Source: Acidobacteriota bacterium (lineage in GTDB: Bacteria > Acidobacteriota > Thermoanaerobaculia > UBA5066 > Gp7-AA6). Taken from it: 64,000 nucleotides of DNA. The stretch is from assembly GCA_046726795.1 (NCBI GenBank), contig JBKPBH010000027.1:4215-68214 (forward strand). The letters run 5' to 3'. Numbering within the stretch: position 1 is the first letter of the stretch; every line of letters begins with the position of its first letter. The notes below the pieces were generated by a model, which was not told the DNA's origin, searched no databases, and was given only the letters and a program-made list of their open reading frames with translations. Position numbers and translations under genes: made by a program. This document shows positions 30,116 through 41,983 of the stretch, one piece after another.

Positions 30116-31003
30116 CTAGAGCCGGCAGTCTTCTCCGGTCAGGGTCCTGTAGGCCTCGAGGTATTTCTCGCGCGTCGTGCGGACCACTCCCTCCGGAAGA
30201 CGCGGCGCGGGAGGCCGCCGGTCCCAGCCCGTCGAGTCGAGCCAGTCTCGGACGAACTGCTTGTCCAGCGAGTGCGGGCTGTGCCCCGGCCTGTAGTGGG
30301 CCGAATCCCAGTAGCGCGAGGAATCGGGGGTGAACGCTTCGTCGATCCAGACGAGACGCCCTTCCACTCGCCCGAACTCGAGCTTCGTGTCCGCCAGAAT
30401 CAATCCCCGGGAGGCCGCATGATCCCGCGCCCGGCAGTAGAGGTCGAGCGTCAAGTCGCGCAGCCGCTCGGCTTCTTCGCGGCCGGTCTGGTTGACCATC
30501 TCATCGAAGGTAACGTTCTCGTCGTGGCCGCGCTCGCTTTTTGTCGCCGGAGTGAAGATGGGGCGAGAGAGACGGTCGGCCTCGACGAGCCCCGCCGGAA
30601 GGCGGACTCCACAAACCTGCTTCGTCTTTCTGTACTCCGCCCAGCCCGAGCCCGCGAGGTAACCGCGAGCCACGCACTCGAACGGAATCACCTCGGCCTT
30701 TCGAACGATCACCGAGCGCCCGGCGAGCATGGCTCGGTCGGACTGGAGCGGTTCGGGGAAGCGCTCGACTTCCGTTTCGATCAGGTGGTTCTCGACGTCG
30801 ACGAACTTTCGGAACCAGAAATTCGAAAGCTGAGTCAGGATCTTCCCCTTGTCGGGAACCCCCGGTGACAGGACGCAATCGAAGGCCGAGATGCGGTCGC
30901 TCGCGACGAGGAGAAGGCTGTCCCCGAGGTCGTAGAGCTCACGGACCTTGCCGCGCCGGGACAGGCGAGCGCCGGAGAGGTGAGTTTCCACGACGGCGGC
31001 CAT
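30116..31003 (-). CDS. purC: Phosphoribosylaminoimidazole-succinocarboxamide synthase
   Basis: SAICAR synthetase motifs (GKVRELYD, LILADTKLEFG). Confidence 0.95.
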   Translation of the reverse strand: MAAVVETHLSGARLSRRGKVRELYDLGDSLLLVASDRISAFDCVLSPGVPDKGKILTQLSNFWFRKFVDVENHLIETEVERFPEPLQSDRAMLAGRSVIVRKAEVIPFECVARGYLAGSGWAEYRKTKQVCGVRLPAGLVEADRLSRPIFTPATKSERGHDENVTFDEMVNQTGREEAERLRDLTLDLYCRARDHAASRGLILADTKLEFGRVEGRLVWIDEAFTPDSSRYWDSAHYRPGHSPHSLDKQFVRDWLDSTGWDRRPPAPRLPEGVVRTTREKYLEAYRTLTGEDCRL

Positions 31004-31092
31004 CGGGAGGGTGACATTAGCATGAAGACGCCCCGGGGTTGAGAGTGGAGGGCTACCAAGAGCGACGCCCGGCTCTGGTATCGTTTCGCGCG

Positions 31093-32556
31093 ATGCGTTT
31101 GCGGGTCACCGATTCCGCGCCCCGCACGGGGCGCCGGCTCTGCGTGGCGTTTCTGCACGAGGCCAAGAATCCGGCGGCGCAGGCGCCCGCGTCCGTTCGG
31201 AAAGAGCTCGAAGAGGCCTGCCGCGTATCGGCCTTCCGCGGCCGGGAAAAGGAAGTCGCCGGAGCTCTCACGAAACGCGGCGGCTGGGTTCTCGTCGGCC
31301 TGGGCCCCGCCGAAGGCCCGCTCGCGAAGCTCCGTCGGGCGCTCCGCCGCGCCATCCGGGATGCCCTCCGGCAGCCGGGGCGCGGGTTGCTGCTCGCCTT
31401 CGGAGAAGGGATCGGAAAAGGGCGAATGCGGGTGCTCCTTCGCGAGCTCGCCCAGGGGGACTACCGCTTCCGGCGCTACAAGTCGGGCCAGGACGCGCGC
31501 AAACTCGCCCGGGGAGCCGACGCGGTCGTGCTGCCGCCTCCCGGGATCCCGGCGGCCGGGCTCGAGAGAGAGGCGCGCGAGGCCGAGCTGCTCTCGGAAG
31601 CCGTCTGCTGGGCCCGAGACCTCGGCAACACGCCGGGGAACGACCTGGGCCCGTCGGAGCTCGCGCGGGCGGCGCGGGCGATGGCGCGGCGGGAGGGGCT
31701 GCGCCTGACCGTCCTCGGCCGGAGAGAGATCGCGCGGGAACGGATGGGAGGACTCCTGGCCGTCAACTCAGGGAGCGCCCGCCCGCCCGTCTTCCTGATC
31801 GGCGAGCACCGCCCAGCCCGCTCCCGGGGGACGGCCGTGCTCGTCGGCAAGGGAATCACGTTCGACTCGGGTGGTATCTCGATCAAGCCCGCCGCTTCGA
31901 TGGGGGAGATGAAGTACGACATGATGGGGGCGGCGACGGTCTTCGCGTGCCTGCGGGCGGCCAAGCGTCTCGAGCTTCCAGTCCGGGTCGTCGCGCTGGC
32001 GCCGGTGACGGAAAACCTGCCGAGCGGTTCGGCCTGCCGCCCGGGAGACATCCTGCGTATGCGCAACGGCAAGACCGTCGAGGTGGACAACACCGACGCC
32101 GAAGGCCGGCTCGTGCTGGCCGACGCGCTTTCGTACGCGGAGAAATTCCGTCCCGACGTTCTGCTGGACTATGCCACGCTGACCGGAGCCGTCCTGGTCG
32201 CGCTCGGCCACGAGTGCGCGGGCCTCATGACCCCGGACGAGACCCTCGCGCGCGAGCTCATCGCCGCCGGCGAGACCACGAGCGAGAGGCTGTGGCGCCT
32301 CCCCATCTGGCCGGATTACCGGGAAAACCTGAAGTCCGAATGGGCCGATATGAAGAACACGGCGGGACGCTCGGCCGGCACGATCAATGCCGGGGTCTTC
32401 CTGAAGGAATTCGTCCCGAAGGGAGTCGCCTGGGCGCATATCGACATCGCCGGCGTCGCGCATTTCGAGAAGGAGCACGCCGGATACGACGCCGGGGCGA
32501 CCGGTTTCGGCGTCGCTCTGACGATGGAATTCCTGAGAGACCATTTTGGCCGCTGA
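31093..32556 (+). CDS. pepA: Leucyl aminopeptidase (M17)
   Basis: M17 catalytic motifs VGKGITFDSGG, NTDAEGRL; start chosen at ATG 31093 (MRLRVTD), with GTG 31039 as the alternative. Confidence 0.9.
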   Translation: MRLRVTDSAPRTGRRLCVAFLHEAKNPAAQAPASVRKELEEACRVSAFRGREKEVAGALTKRGGWVLVGLGPAEGPLAKLRRALRRAIRDALRQPGRGLLLAFGEGIGKGRMRVLLRELAQGDYRFRRYKSGQDARKLARGADAVVLPPPGIPAAGLEREAREAELLSEAVCWARDLGNTPGNDLGPSELARAARAMARREGLRLTVLGRREIARERMGGLLAVNSGSARPPVFLIGEHRPARSRGTAVLVGKGITFDSGGISIKPAASMGEMKYDMMGAATVFACLRAAKRLELPVRVVALAPVTENLPSGSACRPGDILRMRNGKTVEVDNTDAEGRLVLADALSYAEKFRPDVLLDYATLTGAVLVALGHECAGLMTPDETLARELIAAGETTSERLWRLPIWPDYRENLKSEWADMKNTAGRSAGTINAGVFLKEFVPKGVAWAHIDIAGVAHFEKEHAGYDAGATGFGVALTMEFLRDHFGR

Positions 32557-32619
32557 GATTTGAGGAGTGGAGCGTCGCGGGTTGTGTCCGCGGCTCCCGC
32601 CGGCTGCTTCCCGACTCGA

Positions 32620-33975
32620 CTAACCTCGGGCGGGCGGGGGCCTCAGGAGGGCGGCGACCGGGATCGAGCGGGCGCCGTTCTTTCCGACCGCGCGGATCGC
32701 GAAGAAGTGGTTGTCCGTCGAGACTCCCTTGAGGATGTTCTCTCCCGCAGAGGCAACGAAATCATAGACCGACCAGCGCGGCTCGGTCGTCTCGCGCCAG
32801 AGGATCTCGAAGCCTTCGCGCTCACCGTCCTCCTCGGCCGACCACGCGATTTTCGCGTCCGGCGTGACGCCGCCGGCGATTGTGACGTCTCTGGGCGCGG
32901 CCGGCGCCAGGGCGAGCTGGCGCAGCGTCTCGGCGTTGGCTCGCGCGACGTGGCCGAGGAATTCGAAGCTCAAGAACTGGAGGAGGTCGCCGTACTGCCG
33001 CCCGTTCTCCACGCGCGGCGTCTGGTGCTCGTGGTCGTAGTTCTCGAGCGGCTCGGTGAACCGCACGGCCGGAAGACCCGCCTCCACAAAGGGGCGGTGG
33101 TCTCCTGCGCGCCCCAACCGGTCGAGGCGGAAGACCAGACGGACGGCGTCGCGACCGGCCACCTCTTCGACGGCCCGCGCAAGATCCCGCGAGGGGGAGT
33201 CCACCCCGTCCGGGCCTCCTCCCGAGAAGACGCGCACGCGGTGCGGACCACCCGGCGCGGTGTCCGCGCCGACGATGTCGTTGTTTAGCAGGCCGCCGAT
33301 CGTGTAACCCTTCTCCTTCAGGTACTCGAGCAGCCGCTTGCCGCCGAGGAGCCCCTGTTCCTCCCCCGAGACCGCGGCGAACAGGAGGCTCGCCCGGTAG
33401 GTTCCGCCAGACAACAGCCGCGCGCATTCGATCGAGACCGCCGTGCCCGAGGCGTCGTCGTCGGCTCCCGGCGCGTCGGCCTCGGGATCCATGATGGAGG
33501 ACGGCATCGAATCAAAATGGCCGGAGACGACGTAGACGGTCTTCGCGAGTTTCGGATCGCTCCCCGGCAGGAACGCCAGCACGTTCTCCAGCCGCGCCGC
33601 CTTGTCGCGCGTGCGCGGGGCCGTCGCCTCGAATCGGTCTACGACGACGGTCAGTCTACCGCCCGACGATTTCGCAATCTGGGTGAGGCGCGCGAGGATT
33701 TTGTCGCGCCCGCAGCCGATGCCGCGCCGTGGATCGTCCCAGGATGAGAGCGAGTGCCGCGTTCCGCAGGAGACGAGATCCTCGATCGTGGCCCGGAGCG
33801 ATTTCTCGTCCACCGCCTTGCGGGAGATCGCCCCGACGGGAGGAGGCGGCGATTTCGGCCGCGGCCGGGCCGTCGTCGGCTCGGCGGGGTCCTGTGCCGC
33901 GAGAGCGCCGGCCGCCAGACACGCCGCCGCCGCGAGTTTGACTGCCAGGAATCGCTTTGTTAGGTTCGCGCTCAC
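32620..33975 (-). CDS. M28 family Zn aminopeptidase, secreted
   Basis: Signal peptide VSANLTKRFLAVKLAAAACLAAGALAAQ; M28 motifs HFDS, DDDASG, SGEEQGLLG, followed by a C-terminal beta-sandwich. Start is GTG 33975 with SD ggag; the upstream 470 codons of the ORF were judged spurious. Confidence 0.75.
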   Translation of the reverse strand: MSANLTKRFLAVKLAAAACLAAGALAAQDPAEPTTARPRPKSPPPPVGAISRKAVDEKSLRATIEDLVSCGTRHSLSSWDDPRRGIGCGRDKILARLTQIAKSSGGRLTVVVDRFEATAPRTRDKAARLENVLAFLPGSDPKLAKTVYVVSGHFDSMPSSIMDPEADAPGADDDASGTAVSIECARLLSGGTYRASLLFAAVSGEEQGLLGGKRLLEYLKEKGYTIGGLLNNDIVGADTAPGGPHRVRVFSGGGPDGVDSPSRDLARAVEEVAGRDAVRLVFRLDRLGRAGDHRPFVEAGLPAVRFTEPLENYDHEHQTPRVENGRQYGDLLQFLSFEFLGHVARANAETLRQLALAPAAPRDVTIAGGVTPDAKIAWSAEEDGEREGFEILWRETTEPRWSVYDFVASAGENILKGVSTDNHFFAIRAVGKNGARSIPVAALLRPPPARG

Positions 33976-34761
33976 ATGCCACTCCGCGAGTTTCGGATCG
34001 GTCCGGTCGGGGAGGAAGTCTATCCTCGCTTCGTCGCGGAGCTCGCCGAGCGGTTCGACGACCCCGCCCTCGACCGCAACCTCGTCGCGCGCGACACGCT
34101 CTGCCAGCTCTATCTGGGCCGTCCTTTCGGGGAAGGAGCGCTGACGGATCGCCGTCTCCCGATCGAGACGAAGTCCCTGCTCGCGAGCCTGGACCCGCGC
34201 AACGCAACGCTCGAGGCGGAGTACTACCGGGAGATCGACCTCGCGAAGTGGGCGAAGGTCAAGCCACTTCTCTGGTTCTGGCAGATGTTCGATCACTCTC
34301 CCGTCGGACGAAACGTGCGTCTGGGCACCCAGGTCCGGGCAATGCTCGCGCAACGCGTCTTCAGGCGCTGCGGCAAGAGCGTCCGGATCTTCCACGGCGT
34401 CGAATTCTCCTTCGGCTACAACCTCTCCGTCGGCGACAGCGTGACAATCCACCGAAACGTCCTGATCGACGACCGGGGCGAGGTCGTTCTCGGAAACGAG
34501 GTCTCGATCTCCGATTACGCCAACATCTATTCCCATTCCCATTCGGTCGAGGACATCCACGACGTGACGCTCGGCCGGACGGTCATCGGCGACCGCGCGC
34601 GGATCACCTACCACGCCGTCGTGCTGTCCGGAGTCACGATCGAAGCCGATGCGCTGGTCGGCTCCATGGGCGTGGCCTCCAAGCCCGTCCCAGCCGGAGT
34701 CATCGCCGCCGGCATCCCCGCCAGGCCCATCGGACAGAAGAAGACCCGCCCCCCGGCCTGA
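33976..34761 (+). CDS. Hexapeptide-repeat (LbH) sugar O-acetyltransferase, WcaF/CapG-like
   Basis: LWFWQ...RIFHGVEFSFGYNLSVGDSVTIH...SHSHS...hexapeptide repeats through ...AAGIPARPI; the only in-frame start upstream of the conserved LWFW motif is ATG 33976. Confidence 0.68.
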   Translation: MPLREFRIGPVGEEVYPRFVAELAERFDDPALDRNLVARDTLCQLYLGRPFGEGALTDRRLPIETKSLLASLDPRNATLEAEYYREIDLAKWAKVKPLLWFWQMFDHSPVGRNVRLGTQVRAMLAQRVFRRCGKSVRIFHGVEFSFGYNLSVGDSVTIHRNVLIDDRGEVVLGNEVSISDYANIYSHSHSVEDIHDVTLGRTVIGDRARITYHAVVLSGVTIEADALVGSMGVASKPVPAGVIAAGIPARPIGQKKTRPPA

Positions 34762-34936
34762 CCCCGCAGGGACGATTCCGGGTCGCTTCCACGTGTCGTC
34801 CGGACCGACGACGGCACCGCAGGGGCCGGATCGAACGGACGCAACGGCCTGTCGGCCAAGCCCCGTCACGATCACGCCTCGAGGCTCGCGGCTCGGCGGC
34901 CGCCCGGGCACCCGGCGCCCTGAGATAATTCCGCCC

Positions 34937-36601
34937 ATGCTGCGGCGGCTGACGGTCAAGAACCTGGCGATCGTCGAGGATCTGGAGATGGAGCTCGAGG
35001 GAGGGCTGACGGTCATCACCGGGGAGACGGGCGCCGGCAAGTCCATCCTCGTGGACGCGCTGTCGCTGCTGGCCGGAGGGCGGGGATCCGTGGAGCTCGT
35101 GCGCGATGGAGCAGTGCGGCTGACGGTCGCCGGGGAGTTCGAGGCGGACGCGGCGGTGCGGCGGATTCTGTCGGAGGCCGGGCTGCCCGGGGGCGCCACT
35201 CTTCTTCTGCGCCGGGAGTTCTCTCCCGACGGCAAGGGACGGGTCTTCGTCGAGGACGAGCCGGCTTCGGTCCGGACGCTGGCGAAGATCGGCGAGAGGC
35301 TCGTGGCGATCCATGGCCAGAACTCGGAGCGCGAGCTCGCCGAGGCCGCGGCCCCACTCGAGCTGCTCGACGCCTTCGCGCGCGCCGACGCCGAGAGCCT
35401 CGCCACGAGCGAGGCGGCAGGAGCCTGGAAACAGGCGCGGGAAGCCAGGGAGGCGCTGGAAGACTCGCGCCGGGACCGGGGGGCCAGGCTCGAGATGCTC
35501 GACTATCAGATCCGCGAGATCCGGGACACGGCGCCGGACGAGAAGGAGGAAGAAGAGCTGCTCGGTCGGCGCGAGAGGCTCGTCCACGCCGACCGCATCC
35601 GTTCGGCCGCCGAGGCGGCGCTCGCCGCCCTGTCGGAGGCGGAAGGCTCGGCGGCGGACCGTCTGGGCGAGGCGGCGAAAGCGTTCGGGCTCCTCGCGGC
35701 GATCGATCCGCGCGAGAAGGCGCACCTCGAGGAGATCGAAGATGTCAAGCGCCGGGTCGCGGACCTCGCGGCGGCGGCTCGGGACGCGGCCGGGGAGAGC
35801 GAGGGCGATCCCGATCTCCTGACGCGTATCGAGTCGCGCCTGGAGAGGTTGTCGCGGTTGAAGCGCAAGTACGGCGGCACTCTGGCCGAGGTCCTCGCCG
35901 TTGCGGAAAGGCTTGAGCGGGAGCGCGAGGAGTTATCCAACATCGAAGACGCGCTCGGCCGCCGGCAGAAGGAGGAAGAAGCGTCTCGCTCCCGCTACCG
36001 CGAGGCGGCTGGCGTGCTGTCGGCGAAGCGCCGCGCGGCTGCCGGGAAATTCTCGGCCGCCGTCGAGACGGAGCTCCAGGCGCTCGCCATGGAGAAGGCC
36101 CGCTTTCGGGCGGTGCTCGAGCCGTTCGCGGAGGACGCGCCGAGGGCCTCGGGACTCGAGACAGCCTCGTTCCTGTTCGCGCCGAATCCCGGTGAGGCCT
36201 CCAAGCCCGTCGAGAGAATCGCGTCGGGAGGGGAGTTGTCGCGGCTCCAGCTCGCCATCCAGTCGGTGGCGGCAGGGCACGGCGGCGGTCGCACCCTCGT
36301 CTTCGACGAAGTGGACTCCGGCATCGGAGGCCGGACGGCCGAGGTCGTCGGGAAGAAATTGAAGGCGCTCGCAGCGCGGGGTCAGGTTCTCTGCGTCACG
36401 CACGTCCCGCAGATCGCGGCGGTGGCGGATCGTCACTTTCTTGCCGAGAAATCGCAGCTCAAAGGAAGGACGATCGCGACGGTGCGCGTTCTCGAAGGCA
36501 AAGAGCGCGTGGGAGAGATCGCCCGGATGCTGGCTGGCGAAAGGGTTCCGGAGACCGCCATCAAGCATGCGCGGACGCTGCTCGCGGCGGGGCAATCGTG
36601 A
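34937..36601 (+). CDS. recN: DNA repair protein RecN
   Basis: Trimmed to MLRRLTVKNLAIVEDLEMEL; Walker A GETGAGKS, long coiled coil, signature SGGELSRL, FDEVDSGIGG. Confidence 0.9.
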   Translation: MLRRLTVKNLAIVEDLEMELEGGLTVITGETGAGKSILVDALSLLAGGRGSVELVRDGAVRLTVAGEFEADAAVRRILSEAGLPGGATLLLRREFSPDGKGRVFVEDEPASVRTLAKIGERLVAIHGQNSERELAEAAAPLELLDAFARADAESLATSEAAGAWKQAREAREALEDSRRDRGARLEMLDYQIREIRDTAPDEKEEEELLGRRERLVHADRIRSAAEAALAALSEAEGSAADRLGEAAKAFGLLAAIDPREKAHLEEIEDVKRRVADLAAAARDAAGESEGDPDLLTRIESRLERLSRLKRKYGGTLAEVLAVAERLEREREELSNIEDALGRRQKEEEASRSRYREAAGVLSAKRRAAAGKFSAAVETELQALAMEKARFRAVLEPFAEDAPRASGLETASFLFAPNPGEASKPVERIASGGELSRLQLAIQSVAAGHGGGRTLVFDEVDSGIGGRTAEVVGKKLKALAARGQVLCVTHVPQIAAVADRHFLAEKSQLKGRTIATVRVLEGKERVGEIARMLAGERVPETAIKHARTLLAAGQS

Positions 36602-37737
36602 CCGAGGCAAGAGTTCCCCCCTCCCCCCGGTCGGCCGCTCGCTCCGCGAGGCGCGGCCTTCGGTCGCGGCCGACGCAGAAGTCAGCGGGGGGAGACCCCC
36701 CGAGCCCCCTCGCTCCCGTGGGGCGATATTCGAGGTCCGTCCTGTTTCCCGGGATCGGGGAGGAGGGCCAGAGGCGCATCGAAGAGTTCTCGATCGTGTT
36801 CGTCGGCGTCGGGGCGGTTGGAGCCGCGGCGGCGGAGGCGGCGGCGCGGGCGGGGATTGGTCGGATCACGCTCGTGGATCGGGACGTGGTCGAGGAGTCG
36901 AACCTCTCACGGCAGTTCCTTTTCGACGCCGAGGACGCGGCGCGCGTCGCGCCCAAGGCCGAGGCTGCGGCCGCTCGGCTGGGCGAGATCGCTCCGAACC
37001 TCCGGGCCCGCGGCGTCGTGGCGGACCTGGATCACCGGAACGCGCGTAAGATCCTCTCCGGCCACGATCTCGTCTTCGACGGCTCGGACAACTTCGAGAC
37101 GCGCCTGCTCGTTTCCGACGCCGCGCAGGCACTCCGCCTTCCCTCTCTTTACGCGGCCTGCGTCGGCGAGAAGGGCCTCGTGGCCGCGAGCGTTCCGGGG
37201 GAGACGCCCTGTCTTCGCTGCTACCTGGAGTCTCTCCCGCCGGCCGGCTCGGGGCCCACGTGCGATACGGCCGGCATCGTTCCGACGCTTCCTCTGCTCG
37301 TCGCCTCGGCCGGCGTCACGGAGGCCCTGCGCCTCGCGGTCGGCCGGCGCGTCTCGCGCGGCGTTCTTTCCCTCGAGATCTGGAAGGAAGGCCTCACGTC
37401 GCGGCGTCTCTTCGAGCGAGCGCGTCCGTCGGCGGCCTGTCTTGTGTGTGCCGGTAGTCGGTTCCCCGCGCTGGAAGGAGAAGGCGCCTCCGAAGTCGTC
37501 AAGCTCTGCGGGCGCAACTCCGTTCAGGTCGCCCCCGCCGGGCGCGAGAGACCGGACTTCGCGTCGCTCGAAGCCCGGCTCTCCCGCGTCGCCCGGGTCC
37601 GCAGGTCCGAGCAGCTTCTCTCGGCCGACCTCGAGGATGTGAGCCTCTCGGTCTTCTCCGACGGACGCTGCATCGTGCGAGGAACCAACGATCCCCGGCG
37701 AGCTCGGGTTCTTTACGAGCGCTACGTCGGGAGGTGA
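36598..37737 (+). CDS. ThiF/MoeB-family E1-like adenylyltransferase with C-terminal extension
   Basis: RYSRSVLFPGIG...VGVGAVG Rossmann, ESNLSRQ, and two CxxC pairs (CLRCY, CLVCAG), followed by ~100 aa beyond the E. coli MoeB end. GTG 36598 overlaps the recN stop; alternative start GTG 36718. Confidence 0.78.
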   Translation: MTEARVPPSPRSAARSARRGLRSRPTQKSAGGDPPSPLAPVGRYSRSVLFPGIGEEGQRRIEEFSIVFVGVGAVGAAAAEAAARAGIGRITLVDRDVVEESNLSRQFLFDAEDAARVAPKAEAAAARLGEIAPNLRARGVVADLDHRNARKILSGHDLVFDGSDNFETRLLVSDAAQALRLPSLYAACVGEKGLVAASVPGETPCLRCYLESLPPAGSGPTCDTAGIVPTLPLLVASAGVTEALRLAVGRRVSRGVLSLEIWKEGLTSRRLFERARPSAACLVCAGSRFPALEGEGASEVVKLCGRNSVQVAPAGRERPDFASLEARLSRVARVRRSEQLLSADLEDVSLSVFSDGRCIVRGTNDPRRARVLYERYVGR

Positions 37738-37741
37738 GGCG

Positions 37742-38347
37742 ATGCGCCGCGTGCGGATCGCGGACCTGATCGCTTCGCCGGAGGAGATCGGGGAGCTCCG
37801 GATGTTCCTGGCGCAGGGACGGCTCGTGGCCATACCGACCGAGACCTTCTACGGTCTGGCGGTGGATCCAACGAGCCGGGAGGGTGTGCGGCGGGTCTTC
37901 GAAGCGAAGGGGCGCGAGGAGGGAAAGCCGGTCCCCGTCGTGTTCGCGACGCGCAAGCAGCTCGAGGAGCTCGGAGCGGCCCCTCCGGACGACGTGCTGG
38001 CCAGCTATTTTGGCATCTGGCCGGCACCGCTGACCGTCGTTCTGCCGCTGAAGAAGCCGATCGCCGCCTCGGTCGATCGTCCGAACCTCGCCCTGCGCAT
38101 TCCGGCATGTCCCGAGCTGGTCCGTCTCCTCGAGGCGATCGGTCCGGTCACCGCGACGAGCGCGAATCGGAGCGGGGAGGCGCCCCTCACGGACCCGGAT
38201 GAAGTGGCCCGGATCTTCGAGGGAGCCGTGGACCTCCTCGTGGACGGCGGGCCGACTCCCGGCGGAAGACCCTCGACGCTTCTCGACGCGACCGTGGATC
38301 CGCCGGTGGTCCTGCGGCCGGGAGCGTTTTCCTGGCCTGCCCGATAA
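37742..38347 (+). CDS. tsaC: L-threonylcarbamoyladenylate synthase (YrdC/Sua5 family)
   Basis: YrdC-like fold (AIPTETFYGLAVDP...KGREEGKPVPV...TATSANRSGE). Confidence 0.88.
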   Translation: MRRVRIADLIASPEEIGELRMFLAQGRLVAIPTETFYGLAVDPTSREGVRRVFEAKGREEGKPVPVVFATRKQLEELGAAPPDDVLASYFGIWPAPLTVVLPLKKPIAASVDRPNLALRIPACPELVRLLEAIGPVTATSANRSGEAPLTDPDEVARIFEGAVDLLVDGGPTPGGRPSTLLDATVDPPVVLRPGAFSWPAR

Positions 38348-38385
38348 GAGACGGCCGGACGCCGCATGCTAGATTCTCCGCGCCA

Positions 38386-38916
38386 ATGGGATTGATCAAG
38401 GAATTCGGAGGGAAGACTCCGAGCATCGGCGAGCGGGTCTATCTGGCCGAGACGGCCGCGGTCATCGGGGACGTCGTCCTCGAAGACGACGTTTCGGTCT
38501 GGTACAACTCCGTGCTGCGCGGGGACTGCCATTCGATTCGGGTTGGCGCGCGCTCGAACATCCAGGACAACTGCGTGATCCACGTCACTCAGGACAAGTA
38601 CCCGACCGTGCTCGGCGAAGAAGTCACGCTGGGCCATGGAGCGATCGTGCACGGCGCAGTCGTGCGGTCGGGCGCGCTCATCGGGATCCGCGCCACGGTC
38701 TTGGACGGCGCCGATGTCGGGGAGTCCGCCTTCGTCGGAGCCGGCGCCCTCGTGACGCCCCGCACCGTCGTGCCCCCCCGCACACTGTGGCTGGGCTTTC
38801 CTGCCCGGCAGATCCGCGTCCTGTCGGAGGCCGAGGTCGAGGACCTGAAGCACTTCCATCGGAACTACCTCGACTACAAGAAGGAGTACTTCCGCGTCGA
38901 CGGGAAGTGGGCGTAG
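38386..38916 (+). CDS. Gamma-class carbonic anhydrase family protein (LbH, YrdA/PaaY-like)
   Basis: Hexapeptide repeats with conserved His (NIQDNCVIHV, LGHGAIVHGA). Confidence 0.85.
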   Translation: MGLIKEFGGKTPSIGERVYLAETAAVIGDVVLEDDVSVWYNSVLRGDCHSIRVGARSNIQDNCVIHVTQDKYPTVLGEEVTLGHGAIVHGAVVRSGALIGIRATVLDGADVGESAFVGAGALVTPRTVVPPRTLWLGFPARQIRVLSEAEVEDLKHFHRNYLDYKKEYFRVDGKWA

Positions 38917-38930
38917 CTCTTCGAGCCACG

Positions 38931-40207
38931 ATGAAGTACCGCGCGGTCAAAGGAACCCGAGACCTCCTTCCCACCGAGAGCGAGAGGTTCGCGGGCGCGG
39001 AGGCGGCGGCCCGCCGTGTCTTCACCGCCTATGGCTACGGGGAAGTCCGGACGCCTTGCCTGGAGGCGACCGAGCTCTTCGCGCGCTCGGTCGGCGAGAC
39101 GACCGACCTCGTGCACAAGGAGATGTACACGTTTCCGGATCGCAAGGGGCGATCGTTGACGCTGCGGCCGGAGAACACCGCCGGGGTCGTGCGCGCCGTC
39201 ATCGAAAACGGCCTTGCGGCCGGCCCTATGCCTCTGCGGCTCTGGTACGAAGGGCCTCAGTTCCGGTACGAGCGCCCACAGGCCGGGCGTTACCGGGAGT
39301 TCCGGCAGATCGGAGCGGAGCTCCTCGGGGTCCCGGGGCCGGCGGCGGAAGTCGAGATCCTGACGATGCTCTTCGACTTTCTCGAAGCGCTCGGTTTCCG
39401 AGGGCTGACCGTGGCTCTCAATTCCGTGGGGACCGCTCAATCCCGGGAAGCTTTCGGAAGGGCCCTGAAGGAATACCTGTCCCCGCACTCCTCTGGTTTC
39501 GGCGAGGACGACCGCCGCAAGCTCGAGGAAAACCCCCTGCGCCTCTTCGATTCGAAGGACGCGGCCGTCCGCGCCGCCCTGGAGGGATCGCCCCGGACCC
39601 TCGACTTCCTCGACGCCGGGTCCCGCCAGCACCATGAAGAGGTCCGGCAGCTGCTCGGCGAGTCGGGCCTTCCCTTTCGCGACGAGCCGTCCCTGGTCCG
39701 CGGACTCGACTACTACACGCGAACCGTTTTCGAAGTCACTTCGGCGGAGCTCGGCGCGCAGGATGCGATCCTGGGAGGCGGCCGTTACGACAACCTGGTC
39801 GAGTTGCTGGGAGGTCCCGCCCTGCCCGCGATCGGATTCGCCATCGGCGAGGATCGCCTCCTCCAGGCCGCCCCGCGCCCGGCTCCGTTGCGGTCCCTGC
39901 TCCTCGTGCTGCCGCAGGGTCCGGAAGACCTTGCCGACGCTCTCCGTCTGGCCGGCGAGCTGCGGGCCGGCGTCGGCGGAGCGGTCGAAGTCGATCTGCT
40001 CGCGCGCGGATTCAAGAAGGGGATGGCAAGGGGCAACGCTCTCTTCGAGGAAGCCTCGGCGCGCGGGCTCGACTCGGAAAAGATCTTCGCCGTCCTGCTC
40101 GGCGCGCGAGAAAGAGAAGAGGGGACCGTGACGGTCAAGCGGCTCGCCTCGGGCGAGCAGGAGACGATCCCGCGCGCCCGGGTCGCCGGATGGTTCGGGG
40201 GGCGGGC

Positions 40208-40211
<4 letters not shown>
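38931..40211 (+). CDS. hisS: Histidine--tRNA ligase
   Basis: Trimmed to MKYRAVKGTRDLLP; class II aaRS motifs (RYREFRQIG, GGGRYDNLV) and anticodon-binding domain. Confidence 0.95.
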
Positions 40212-41979
<1,768 letters not shown>

Positions 41980-41983
<4 letters not shown>

